Source of the DNA: the human T2T-CHM13v2.0 reference genome, Homo sapiens
Assembly (NCBI RefSeq): GCF_009914755.1
Contig: NC_060926.1
DNA: 64,000 nt
Direction: 5' to 3' (one strand)
Below, piece by piece: positions 25,255-39,257 of this stretch. The position numbers were made by a program, and so were the translations under genes. Below the pieces are notes generated by a model. The model did not search any database. It saw only the letters and a list, made by a program, of their open reading frames with translations, and had not been told where the DNA came from. Positions within the stretch are counted from its first letter, which is position 1, and the number at the start of each line of letters is the position of its first letter.

Positions 25255-28200
25255 TTTCTGAAGGTACAAAACTCAATGGTAATAGTAAATACACAGAAAA
25301 AACACAGAATATTATAACACTGTAATTGTGGTGTATAAAATTCTTAGGTATTAAATAGAAAGAAAAAAGATGAACCAATCAAAAATAATAAAATCTTTTT
25401 AAGACATAGTACAATAAGGTAGAAACAACAAAAACTTTCAAAGTAAGGGGATGAAGTTAAAGTGTAAAGTTTTTATTAGTTTTCTTTTTTCTTGTCTGTA
25501 TGCTTGCTTATGTAACCAGTGTTGTCATCAGTTTAAAATAATGGGTCATAAGATATTATTGCAAGCCTCATGGTAACTTCAAATCAAAAGCATATGACAG
25601 ATACACAAAAAATAAGAAGCAAGAAATTAAAACATACTACCAGAAAAAAAACACCTTCACATTAAAAAAAAAAAAAAGTCGGAATAGATGGAAGAAAGTG
25701 AAACCACAAAACAACCATAAAACAAATAACAGAATGGCACAAGTCCCTATTTATCAATAATAACATTAAATATGAATTGACTAAGCTCTCCAATCAGAAT
25801 ACATAGAGTGGCCAAATGGGGGAAAAAAAGACCTAAAGTTTCTTGCCTACAAGGAACACACTTCACCTATAAAGATACACATAGGCTGAAAATAACAGGA
25901 TGGAAGAAGACATTCCACGCTAATGAAAACCAAAAAAGAGCAGGAGTCACTATACTTCTAGCAGACAAAATAGATTTCAAGGCAAAAACTATAAAAAGGG
26001 ATCAAGAAGTTTATTGTATAATGATAAAGGAGTCAATTCAGAAAGACGATATAACAATTGAAAATATATATGCACCAAACACTGGAGCACCCAGATATAT
26101 AAAGCAAATATTATTAGAGCTAACAAGAGAGACAAATCTCCATATAATAATAGCTAGAGACTTTAAGAACCAACTTTCAACATTGAACAGACAAAAAATC
26201 AACAAAGAAACACTGGACATTATCTGCACTATGCACCTAACAGACCTAATATTTACAGAATATTTTATCCAACAGCTGTGGAATACACATTCTTCTCCTC
26301 AGCACATGGATTATTCTCAGGGATAGAACATGTGTCAGATCACAAAACAAGTCTTAAAACATTCAAGGAAATTTTAAATATATCAAGCATCTTCTCTGAC
26401 AACAATGGAATAAAACTAGAAATCAATAATGAGGAATCTTCAAAACTATACAAACACATGGAAATTAAACAATATACTCCTGAATGACCAGTTGGTCAAT
26501 GAAGAGATTAAGAATGAAATTGAGAAAATTTCTTGAAATAAATGATAATGAAAACCCAACATAACAAAGCCTATGGGATACAGCAAAAGCAGTACTAAGA
26601 GGGAAGTTTATAAGCTTAAGTGCCTGCATCAAAAAAGAAGAAAAACTTCAAATAAACAACCTAATAATGCATCTTAAAGAATTAGAAAAGCAAGAGCAAA
26701 CCAAACCCAAAGTTAGTAGTAGAAAAGAAATAATAAAGATGACACAATAAATAAATGAACTTGAAATGAAGAAAACAATTAAAAAGTTGGTTTTCTGAAA
26801 AGATAAGCAAAATTGGCAAACTTTTAGCCAGACTAAGAAAAAAAGAGAGAAGTCTCAAATAAATTAAATCACAGATAAAAAAGAAGATATTACAACTGAT
26901 CCTATAGAAATTCAAAGGATGATTAGAGGGTACTATAAGCAACTTTATGCCAATAAATTTGAAAACTTAGGAAAAAGCAGATAAATTCCTAGACACATAC
27001 AACCTACCAAGATCGAACGACAAAATCCCAAACCTGAACATACCGATAACAAGTAATGAGATCAAAGCTGTAATAAAAAGTTTCCTAGTAAAGAAAAGCT
27101 TGGAACTCAATGGCTTCACTGCTGAATTTTACCAAACATTTCAAGAACTATTATGAATCCTACTCAAACTATTCTGAAAAACAGAAGAAGAGGAATACTT
27201 CCAAACTCATTTCATCAGGCCAGTATTACCCTGATACCAAAACCAGACAAAGACATATCCAAAAAAGAAAACCACAGGCATTATAATACCTCTGATGAAC
27301 ATTGATGCAAAAATTTTCAACAAAATACTAGCAAATTGAATTCAACCACAGATTAAAAAGATCATTTATCATGACCTAGTGGGATTTATTGCTGGGATGC
27401 AAGATAGCTCAACATAAGCAAATCAATCAATGTGATACATTATATCAACAAAATGAAGGACAAAGACCATGTGGTCATTTCAACTAGTGCTGAAAAAGCA
27501 TTTGAAAAAAAATCAACAAAAAACTGTTAAAACGCATTTGATAAAATTCAACAAAAAACTGTTGAAAGCATTTGATAAAATTCAACAAGACAACTATTAG
27601 AACTGATTAATAAATTTCTGTAAAGTTTCAAAATTAGCAGACTAAAATCAGTAATATTTATTTAGGCCAACAGCAAACAATCAGAAAAAGAGTTCATGAA
27701 AGTAATCCCAGTGACAATAGCTAGAAATAAATTAAATACCTAGGAATTAACCTAATTAAAGAAGTGAAAGATCTCTCCAATAAAAACTATGAAACATTGA
27801 TGAAAGAAATAGAAAAGGACACAAAAAATGCAAAGGTATTCTGTGTTCATAGATTGGAAGAATCAATATAGTTAAAATGTTTATACTATCCAAAGCAATC
27901 TACAGATTCAGTGTAATTCCTATAAAAATGCCAATGACAATCTTCACAGAAATAGATTTTTAATTATAAAATTTACATGGAACCCAGAATAGCCAAAGAT
28001 ATCCCAAGCAAAAAGAACAAAACTGGAGGAATCACATTAACTTTCATCAAATTATACTACAGAGCTATATTAACCAAAACAGCATAGTACCAGCAGAAAA
28101 ACAGACACATAGACCAGTGGAACAGAACAGATAACATATAACCCAGAAATAAATCCATACATCTACAGTGAATTCATTTTCAACAAAGGTGCCAAGAATA

Positions 28201-29618
28201 TACATTGGAGAAAGGACAACTTATTCAATAAATGGTGCTGGGAAACTGAATATCCATATGCAGAAGAATGAAACTAGAACCCTATCTCTAACCATATAGA
28301 AAAGTCAAATCAAAATGGGTATCGACAAATCTCATTCTTCAAACTGAAATCTCCAAAAGAAAACATTAGGGAAACTCTCCAGGACATTGGACTGGACAAA
28401 GATTTCTTTGCCCACAAGCATAGGCAACCAAAGCCAAAATGGACAAATGGGATCACATCAAGTTTAAAAGCTTCTGCACAGAAAAGGAAACAATCCATAA
28501 AGTGAAGAGACAACTCATAGAATAGGAAAAAATATTTGCAAACTATCCATTTGACAAGGGATTAATAAGCAGAATATATAAGGGAATGAAACAATTCTAT
28601 AAGAAAAATATCTAATAATCCAATTTAAAAATTGACAAAAAACCTGAAGAGACATTTATCAAAAGAAGACATACAAGTGGCAAACAGGTATATGAAAAGG
28701 TGCTCAACATCATTGATCATCAGAGAAATGTAAATCAAAACTATAATGAGACATAATCTCACCCTATTTAAAATGGCTCATATCTAAAAGATAGGCAGTA
28801 ACAAATGCCAGTGAGAATGTGGAGAAAAGGGGACCCTCATACACTTAGGAATGTAAATTAGCACAACTATGGAGAACAGTTTGAAGGTTCCTCAAAAAAC
28901 TAAAAATAGATCTACTATATCATCCAGCAATCCCACTGCTAGGTTTATACCCAAAATAAAAGAAATAAATATATCAAAAAAATCTATACTCTCATGTTTA
29001 TGTTTATTGCAGCACTATTCACAATAGCCAAGATTTGGAATTGACCCAAATGCCTATCAACAGGCAAGCAGATAAAGAAAAGTGTGGTACATATACACAA
29101 TGGAGTACTATTCAGCCACTAAAAAGAGTAAGATCCTGTTATTTGCAATAACATGGATGAAACAGGAGGTCATTAGGTTAAGTGAAATAATCCAGGAACA
29201 TAAAGACAAACTTTGAATGCTCTCACTTATTTGTGGGAGCTAAAAATTAAAACAATTGAACTCACAGAGATAGAGAGTAGAATGATGGTTACCAGAAGCG
29301 AAGACGGATAGTGGTGGGGGTGCAAGGGGAAAGGAGAATGGTTAATAGGTATAAAAAATAGAAAGAATGAATAAAATCTAGTATTTTATTAGCACAACAG
29401 CATGATTCTTGTCAATATTTTTAATTATACATTTTTAAATAACTAAAAGAGTATAACTGGATTGTTTGTAACACAAAGGATAAATACTTGAGGTGATGGA
29501 TACCTCATTTACCCTGATGTAATTATTGTACACTGTATACCTGTATCAATATATTCCATATACACCATTAATATACATACTTACTACGTAGCTACAAAAA
29601 TTAAAAATTAAAAGAAAA
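25255..29618 (+). mobile_element. L1MA (MA1-3-like): inter-ORF region, degenerate ORF2, 3' UTR
   Basis: EN remnant (CLQGTHF, NIYAPNTGAP); RT remnants; 3' UTR ending gtagctacaaaaattaaaa. Confidence 0.9.
27493..27600 (+). repeat. Three-copy ~35-bp tandem repeat at an L1 deletion junction
   Basis: gcatttga(t/a)aaaa(t)tcaacaa(aaaactgtt) starts at 27498, 27534 and 27568. Confidence 0.9.
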
Positions 29619-29619
29619 T

Positions 29620-29880
29620 ACAGCTAGAAGGATTATCATCTAGTTTTTCATATCACAATAGGGTAGCTATGGTTAACAATCACTTAGTGTATATTTCAAA
29701 ATAGCTAGAAGAGAAGACTTAGAATGTCCCCAGCACAAACAATGATAAATGAGGTGATTATCCCAATTACCCAGATTTAATCATTACACATTGTATGCTT
29801 GTATCAAAGTATCATATGTACCCCAAAAATATGCACAACTATTATGTGTCCATAAAACTTGAAAAAAACAACCAAAAAAA
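29620..29880 (+). mobile_element. L1MA (MA5-9-like) 3' end
   Basis: atagctagaagagaagacttagaatgtccccagcac...gtaccccaaaaatatgcacaactattatg, then A tail. Confidence 0.8.
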
Positions 29881-30067
29881 AAGGAATAAAATGAACAGAG
29901 GATGCCTCTCCTCTTCTGTATACTGAAGGAGTTGTAATTTGAGTATTATTTATACTTTAAAAATTTTAGAGAATTCGCCAAAAAAAAAAAAAAATCTTTG
30001 TGTGAACTTTTCTTTGCAGGAAGATTTTAAGTACCAATTCAATTTCTTTTTAGGTACAAGACTTGTG

Positions 30068-30408
30068 TCAAATAGAGGTAGAAGAATAATTACCACAGGC
30101 TGGGAAAGGCAGTGGTGGGGAGGTGGGGATGGTTAATGGGTACAAAAAATAGAAAAAATGAATAAGACCTACTATTTGATAGCACAACAGGATAACTATA
30201 GTCAATAATTACTTAATTGTAGATTTTAAAATAATCAAAGCAGTATAATTTGATTATTTGTAATACAAAGGATAAATGCTTAGGGATGGATACTCTATTC
30301 TCCATGATGTGATTGTTACGCATTGCATGCCTGTATCAAAACACCTCATGTACCCCATAGATACATACACTTACATGTACCAATAAAAATTTTAGAAAAT
30401 TTAAAAAG
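30068..30408 (+). mobile_element. Short L1MA (MA2-3-like) 3' end
   Basis: gatggttaatgggtacaaaaaatagaa..ctatttgatagcacaacag..gtaccccatag, then A-rich tail. Confidence 0.85.
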
Positions 30409-30704
30409 ACATGAAATTTGTTTTAAAGACCTGCATCAATCCTGGTGAATTGTGTTCTCACCAATCTGGGCTTTCCTATGTTCCAGGATCTTTGCCTCTC
30501 AAGTCCTGTTTTTACTTCAAACAATTTTTTTTTACATTTTCTTCCTTAAATTTTCTAATTGTTCTTGAGAGGGAAGTTGATCTTAAACAAGACAGTTCAC
30601 CATTTCTGAAATGTCAAAAGCAGAAAATCTTAAAATGTAGAACTCTATTCCAGTCGCCATCACCAGGTCATGATGTGTTATTGTTTGTATTATTCCTGTA
30701 TTAA

Positions 30705-30707
<3 letters not shown>

Positions 30708-30737
<30 letters not shown>

Positions 30738-30748
30738 CGTGTGTGTGT
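30708..30748. repeat. (TG)n microsatellite
   Basis: Interrupted TG array. Confidence 0.95.
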
Positions 30749-32499
30749 TTGCTTTATAACCTTCCACTTGTGCCCTATCAGGCAATGAAGAGGCTCAGAT
30801 GGAGCAGAGAGAAGTCTGGAACACAGAAGAGTTTGCTGGGTCCTTCCCTTTCTTCTCCATCATAATCACATCTTGGCCCAAAATAAAAGATAAAACCACT
30901 AAATAAGGTCTGTGGGATTATCCTACATGGTCAGAAGGAATATTTAAGTTCTGAAACATTTCCATTTCCATCACATTCTCTAGGGAGCCGTGCTTCATAG
31001 ATTCTGAGATTATTACCTAAGTCATCATTTTGTCAGGGCATTCTGCTATACCAAATGACATTATTTTGTTTACACATAGGTCTAATTAACAAGGGTAGTA
31101 GGTGAGATTATCTGCTTTATTTACTTTCTCCTAGGGATCTGCCCCCTTGCAGAGAACCAAGGCCAGCTGCTTTAGCCCCTTTCTACTAGAGTTTTACAAG
31201 TACTATATACTCATTTAGCCATGGAAATAAACTATTATTTTCATCCCTCTACATCTAAAAGGCAGGCAAAGGGCACTGAAGTTTGACTCCAGTCAGTTGA
31301 TTGCAAATTTTGTGCTCTTTTCACTTTTTGCCTTCTCAAAGAGAAGCTAAAAAGATGTTAAATCCACGTACTTGTAGCCCAGGGCAGCCCAACCAGATAG
31401 ATTGTGGATGGGAAGTACGAGAATGCCCTTCTGACATGATACAAAGAGCTCAGATATCTGCTTTAGTTTCCCTTCAAGACTTCAAACTAGTAATTAAAGA
31501 TTCACACGGTGATTCAGCATCAGCATGCAAATCCCACTGAGTGCAATATTAATATGAAAAATGTGTCCTCTAAATGAAACTCGGTTCAAATAGTTGGATC
31601 AAAAATAGTGAAAATGATATTCTTTTTTACAGACTGGTAGTCTTTGTACCCTTGAGCACAACAGTAAACATTTCAATTTGCATCCATTTTAATTCCAAGT
31701 TGTGTTATGTTTCAACACAATAGCTAGCATTGAGGTAAACATCAGTACTTGAACAGCATCATAGCCACCACTGAAATGGAAATTCAAAGATTTATTCAGT
31801 ATAAAAGATTTGCATACTTGCAGAAAAGATGATTGTCTTATATTTCTCTCTCATCTAAGGTAAAAGGTGAGGCTTTATAAATGCTATACTGAATGTTGCA
31901 TGAATTCTAAGGAAGTTTCCTGTCAGTTTTGTGTACATCTTCTGCCATCAATTCATGGGAACCAACAAGACTTCTAAATTTGACTAGACTGTGTCAGTTA
32001 ATACGTGTAGGACATTTGATATTTTATAGTTGAGATTGAAATCCACTTATACAATTTCCCAGGAAACTAAAAAAATAGAATACTCAGAAAGAGAATTGTC
32101 AGCAGCCCAAACGTACTAAGACCTTTCTAAATCTGGTTTAGATTAACTCTAAACTAGATAATCTAAAAAGCAATGTTAACTTCTGTGGGTAGAGAAAGTG
32201 TAAAATTTTTGAACTTATATTACCCATATAGCGAGTATGAACAAATTATAAGAGGTTTTATCTTTCTTTTAGTTTCTCTGATGCCTGGGCTAATAATTTA
32301 ACGACTGTATGACATTTAACTGTTAGTTCCATTATTCTTCTAACTGAGATCTTGCTGGAAACTTCCTGAGGAAAGTCTTCTTCCCCCCAGACAAGAGGCC
32401 TTTTGTACCAGGAGGGAATACCAGCACTGGTTAATTCAGAATAAATGTAGAAAACTCTCTCTTGCTATGATATTTGACAATTATTAATTTCTATCTTCT

Positions 32500-33165
32500 T
32501 TTAGCAAATATTTATTTAGTACCACTTATGTGTCATTCGCTCTCTTATTAATGAGAATTCATGGAACTCATACGTCTCATAGGGGAGAGATAATTTATCA
32601 AACAATGCCAAAGAATAGGTTTATAAAACCTGAAGTTAGTGCTGTAAAGGACAGAACTGTCAGTCTCTGGCAGCATATTGCAGAAGACTCTGACCTAGAC
32701 TGGCATGTCACAGAGGGCTTTCCTGAAAGTGTCCAAGTAGGTCAGGAAGATGGACAAAGGAAGAGCGAAAAACAGCGTTTATTGGGGAATATCCTAGATA
32801 GAGGATGTCAAAGGCCTGTACAGATGCATGCACAATAGTCCTGTGGTGGAGGGGCTGTGATATCTACCTGTTAAAACGGGCATGTGACTGGAACCCAGAA
32901 ACCAAAGGGTTGAGAAGGGCTGCGAAAGTGGAGAAGGGAGACGGCTTACTCTGCAGAGACCTCGCGGTTCTGTAAAATAACTTGACTTTCATCCTTTAGG
33001 CAATGAGACGCTATTGGAGAGCTTTACATTAGGCACTGCTGTGAACAGCTTTACATTTTGATGAGCTCCTCTAAGCTGCTGTGCTGGGAATAGCCATGAG
33101 GGGAATCAAGAGAGGATGACAGAGAACTGTTGGGAGTCTACTGCAGCTGCCCAGGCATGACTATG
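32500..33165 (-). mobile_element. L2 LINE fragment
   Basis: caaatatttatttagtacc and ggcaatgagacgctattggagagcttt are L2 antisense motifs. Confidence 0.65.
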
Positions 33166-36100
33166 TATAACAGCAGCCTTGCAGCATGAGCTGCTGTGGT
33201 TGCGTCTGCTGTTGTCCATTGATCTGTTTGTCTGAGTTTCTCAGATCCAGCTGACTTGAAAAAACTGTGATCACTCTTTTTTCTATTTCAGGGAAAATAT
33301 GTATGGAAAGAAATAAAGGTGATGAACAAGGGGAGTGTGAGCTTGGCTGTGAGTAGCCACCCAGTACTTCTGGTTGTAATAACCCCCAAGTACTGTAATT
33401 TTAACAAACAAAACCATATGTTTCCCTTAAGGGAACTTATAAACATTTATTTTATTCTGGTAAAATAAATAAGAGAAATATTTGGCTTTCTAAAACTAAA
33501 ACAGTCAAGAGATACACTAAGTAATTTTTTAGAACTGCCTCTTTCATGCTGAAAAATGACATTACTCTGTGATGCCATAACTTAGTTGATGGCATCTTAA
33601 TTCAATTGTTGACCTTTGTTCCTACATTCAAGTAGGAAAAGTGACAATCTTTAATACATAAATCTTCCATGAGCTTAAAGCAATATTATTCAGAACTTTA
33701 GACACATTTTTTAGAATGGCTTATCAAATACATAAATCAAAGAAATAGCTGTATAACTGTTATATGTGTTTGTGATTCTGTTTCTCTTTTTTAGAGATTT
33801 GATATGATTTATATTACTTTAAAAGGAGTTCACACCATGTTTATTTCAAAGTAGGCAAAGGATCTAGAACACAGATAAGTGATTTGGCAAAATATTTATA
33901 TTGATATTTTAATAGTCAAGCCATAGCCTATGTTGATGAGAATTAAGAGTGTGAGTTACCTTGGAGAGCTTAACATTATAGACCCATGAGGGCCTTAGTA
34001 TTATAGATCCATATATTCTTGAAATAAGCAAAACACATTTTAAAACATTTACTGTATCGATCTTTTTTTACCCAGAAGACTTCTTTTTCCACTGATCGGG
34101 AAGACAGATATTATAATTACGAAAACAGAAATAAAATGATCTCTTAAATGAGTGACTGACCAGCAGAGAATAACTAAGAGGCTGAAAGAACAAAAGAGAA
34201 CCCACTTCTAGGAAATCACAGAACCATAAGGCAGCCATTATCGACCCGTGAGTTTAGTGTGTTAGAGAGAGGGCAGGATGGAAAGAAAGCTGAAAAAGGG
34301 GCCTTGAGACAACATGATTTCCAGGTCAGAGCTTTTGAAATCACAGTTCATGAAACAGTGCTGGAAATAAACAGTGACCAATGCTTTTCTCTTTGCATCA
34401 CTTTATTCTCTGCATCATTTTATTTTGTGCCTGTTATACTTTAAGAGCAAAGTAAAATCAATAAATTATTTCTTTTCAGGCAATCCATGAATTTCAGAAA
34501 ACATATCATATCCACTCAGGGTATTAAAGTTTCTTTTAGGCTAGTCACAAGACTGGGGTTTCATGATCATACTGATATTTGAGAAGAATATGTGGGCCTC
34601 AGATAACCTCAGATGAACTCTACTCCCATAAATCAGGCGCCTATGTTCCAGCAATGGATGCTGTCATGACCTTTACTCACCTTTTTCCTCACCCATCAGT
34701 GATGAGATGAGAAGGGGTTTGATAAGAAAAGAAAAAAAATGATTCTTTGACAAATGTTTTCCTATCATTGAATTTTTAAGGAGGCTTCTGAACAGAAAAT
34801 ATTGTCAATTTTATGCCAAGACACTTTGCGAGAATAAAAAACTGATTGAGCCTCTAGGAAGAGAGAGAGAGAAAAAAAACTTGGTAACTAAAGTGACGGA
34901 CTGTTGTTTCACATTTTCAAGTTTACTTCCTCTTTTCTCCCCTTTTTTTTTTAAAAAAAATCTTACTGTCTTCTGATTTTTTTGACATGAGTTAAATAAT
35001 AAGAATGTTTTCTGAATTAACCTTTTGATGCTAAACTTTGATGGACATGTTTTAAAAATAGCATTCTACATGTGAAGACATGTCTGGAATAATTAGGTCT
35101 ATTTACATGTGAGGATAAATAATTTCTATTTGTTGCAGAACCATAGACCAGCAGAAGCCACAAAGGCGGCAAATGGCCTTATGTGAATACAAGCCAGATA
35201 CCAAAGTCAAAATTGCTTAGACTGATTATTTATTTCACTGGGGATAGAGAACAAATATTTACTGGAATGCATTTTGTTTCCATTGATGGCTAATGCCAAA
35301 TAAAAATATCTAGTGAGATATCATCCAAACAGGTTTAATAAAGTAAAAGATGAAAGTGGCTTGAAATTACACTTGATTTATACCAAAAAAGTATGATTTT
35401 CTCATTCGTATTGAAATATTCCTTCAAAGAGCTAACCAATTTGCTAGTTGGATTAAAAGACCACTGTCCTTTTGTAGATCTTTGGATGATCTGTGAAAGC
35501 ATACTAGGAATCAAAATGTTGTAAGATAGAAAACCCCCTCAGCATTTGGACATTCAGATGTTTATGTGTTTCTCTGGACTGGCTCACAGAAAGGCAGGTT
35601 GACAACTTTTCAACTTGAGAAATCTCAACCTTCAGCCCAAATAACAGGTGCACCCTGTGACCTTGTCGTTTTTATTTCTTAAGACTTATTTGCTGGATCT
35701 GAATTTTTAGAAAAAAAAAAAAAATCTGTCCTGAAACTTACGTATTTTTCTCCAAAGGGGAAAGCTAAATCTAGAAGAAAAAAAAATAAGCAAACAAATG
35801 AAACAAACCTCTGGCTAAGTTATTAACAGAAATTTTTCTGAAAACTGATCGCTAGGCTTCTGTTGGCATCTACCTAGGAGTTGAGCCTGGCTTTTCTTCC
35901 CATCGTCCAGCAGGTTACCTTCCTTAGGATTTTACCTATCCAGTAGCTGAGGCTTTGTTTAAACTTAGGGAATGTAGCCAGTCAACACAATTCAAAGTAA
36001 AACTAACCTTTTCTTCCTTCCTTAGTCTTTAGAGTTTCTGCTAGTTTGTGTGACATTATAGGCTCTTTTTCTCTCCTGATATTTTTCTTTTTAAAAATAT

Positions 36101-36626
36101 ATCTTAACACACTTGATTTTTAAAAATTCTAATGTGAACTATATATTTTTAAAAGACATTCTTGCATTTAAAAGGAATAAATGCCAGAATTATTTTAGTG
36201 TTGCCTGTTCAAACTTACTCTGAGGCAGAGGGATGAATTCCCTCAAATACTGCCTCAGCCAAGAATGAGTCCAAATGTAGCGGCAGTCTTGATTATTTTG
36301 AGGAGGTTGGTAATTAGATCTTTTCCAAATGTCTTACTTTCTTTGTTTCTTGAAAAGTTCTATTACAGGTGTCATCCCTGATTTGCCAAATCAATATTTT
36401 TTATGTTGGGGTCTTTATTTCAAAACACCCACATGTGATTTTTCTGGGCATTCCTGGTTAAGAACTACTTTAGGAACTTAAATTCTGGTTTTAGCATTCT
36501 TTCAGGAAGATCATTGTTTCATAATCCAACCAACTGCCTTATCTAGCAACACTTGGAAAAGTCATTAACCAGCCTTACATGCAAAAGTCACTCCTGCTTT
36601 TATTCATTTTGGAGTGTACCACATGG

Positions 36627-36675
36627 AGCTGTTTAATTAGGAATAAACACCAGCTGTTTAATTAGGAATAAACAC
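36627..36675. repeat. Perfect 24-bp direct duplication (period 25)
   Basis: AGCTGTTTAATTAGGAATAAACAC at 36627-36650 and 36652-36675. Confidence 0.95.
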
Positions 36676-37329
36676 AAGTCTGTCCTTGTGACTTTTGATT
36701 GTGGGTCATTTTTAAAAAAACTGTTATTTGCTTGGGTTGGGTTTGGTTTCACTCAACAGAATGTAAATTCTGAATGATATATAACTGTTCCCCAATTTCA
36801 GTTGTTCAGTCATATCACACCAAGCATATCCTCCTATTTTTAGGACACTCTGTCCTCAGTGATAGATGTCCTAAAATTGGCTGTCTTAATGTGTCCTGAT
36901 TGAATTTGGGGTATAACCACATGTACAAATTTTAAATCAGATCATTCCCAATACACCTTCCAAATTTTCTGAAAATCTGTCTAATCATTTTTGTGAAATG
37001 TTGTAGTAGACAAACAGTTCAAAATCTTTTTTTCTGTATCTAGGCAACAGAGTTGTTTTGTTAATGAATAGTGTACTGATAAAATGAAAGGATGTTTTAG
37101 AAAGACTTTCTTAGATGCGAGATCATGTGGATCTGGAATGGATAGAAATCAGGGAGTTTAGAACAATCATTTACTTTTGAATTTAAGAAGACATATTAGG
37201 GAAGGTGAATATGTGAATCCCAGATGAAATGAGCCCAGCTGGGGACCTGGGAAAGGGAGCCTATTTTAGAGGACAAACAAAGCACCAGAAGGTTTGGGCA
37301 AAAATAGCCCATTCTAACTCCATATATTG

Positions 37330-37520
37330 AATACCTGCCACATCCAATGACTCCAGCAATCCTCGCAGTAGGCATTATTAGCCCTATTTTGTATGTGAGG
37401 AAACTGAGACACTTAAGAAGATAAGGAACTTATTCAAGGACATAAAGCTGATAATCAACAGAGCTGAAATTTGAATCCAAATCTCTTTTGACTTAACCTG
37501 ATCTTTCCATTCTGCTGCCA
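37330..37520 (-). mobile_element. MIR SINE
   Basis: attattagccctattttgtatgtgaggaaactgagac..caaggacataaagctg..gaaatttgaatcc. Confidence 0.8.
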
Positions 37521-37769
37521 TTTAAGGAAGCAACTGGAGTTGAGAGTTTACTGTACTTTGGCAGGGTTTCTCAACAACAAAGTCAGAAGAAGCATAGAAA
37601 CAGGAGAGCCATCCCTGAAAAAACAATTGGCATAAAACTGTGCCATCAGCTGATATGAGAACATTGAATGCAACAAAAAGACTAATACAATAATATATAT
37701 TATATATTATTATTAGTTATAATAATATATACTATTATAATATTATCTTTAAATAACAAAACTCTTTTA

Positions 37770-37960
37770 ACTTTTACTATGTACTAGGTTTTCCAAGCAT
37801 TAAATGTATTTTACCTCATTTAATCCTTATAATCAACCACTTTGTGAGTTAAAAATTATTATTTTCATCTTGCAGATAAGTTAAGTAACCTGTCCCAGGT
37901 TCCATGGCTAGAAAGCATAGAAGCTGAGATTTGACACAGACTGGTTACAGAGCTCACACA
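37770..37960 (-). mobile_element. MIR SINE
   Basis: ctcatttaatcctt..ttgcagataagttaagtaacctgtcccaggt..gagatttga. Confidence 0.7.
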
Positions 37961-38887
37961 AGCACAATCGAGATGGAAATTATGGGGAATTATCATGATT
38001 AAATGTACAAATGTTTAATAAAATTACTTTGGAGTACATTGATACAGGAAAATATGTATACAAAATGTTAAACATCAAATACAAAATATAGAATGGCTAA
38101 GTATATATCAATGATATGCTAATAGAACTACAAATAGACTTCTATTAGTTTTCTTTAGAATTTTACTTTTTATAAAACACAAAAATGCTTTTTGTTTGTA
38201 ACACCTAACTTTTTTATTAACAACCTTCTGGAAACTCTTTCATTGAGAATATATTCCCTCCAGCTTCCAGAAAGCTTTAAACATTTTCAAATCTCTTACA
38301 AACAAAAAACAAAAACTGCCTTATAGTGTTTTTTGTAGTTAAATGCAATAACATATTAAGTAGTAGTAAAATATTTTAGTCATATTTCTTAATCCAAAGC
38401 TTATGTACTTTTTACTATGTCATGATCCTTCTTTTGTTTCTTATTGTAGGTAGACACTTAAAAAGAAGAAAAATATTAAGATTTCATAGACTGATTACAC
38501 AGCACCAAGTCCAGTGCTGTTGTAATGAAGTTCAATAAGTCTCTATTGAATGAGTGGAAGGATGAATGCATGGATAAAAGAAGATGAAAGTAAGAAATAA
38601 GTTGAAAATGAAAGGAGAGCTGATTTGAGAAGTCAGGAGTTATTTATGAATTCTGATAAGCTTACTGGAAATATCTTGCCATAATTGGAAAATAGATAAC
38701 TGAAGGGCAGCAGGTAAAAAAAAACCAGGACATCAGGGTTTTTCACACGTTTTTTCTGGCCCTAAAATTAATATGTATTTTTAATAAAATATCCATAAAT
38801 ACATATAAAAATGTAATAAATCATAAAAATCCATACTCCCCCAACCTAGAGGTAAACATTGTTAACATATTCTATACTCACATATAA

Positions 38888-39257
<370 letters not shown>

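Noticed and set aside
27493-27600. CRISPR-like repeat array
   Set aside because: Tandem units without unique spacers, derived from L1, in eukaryotic DNA with no cas genes
37684-37750. AT-rich quasi-palindrome
   Set aside because: Low-complexity sequence; the symmetry is expected by chance
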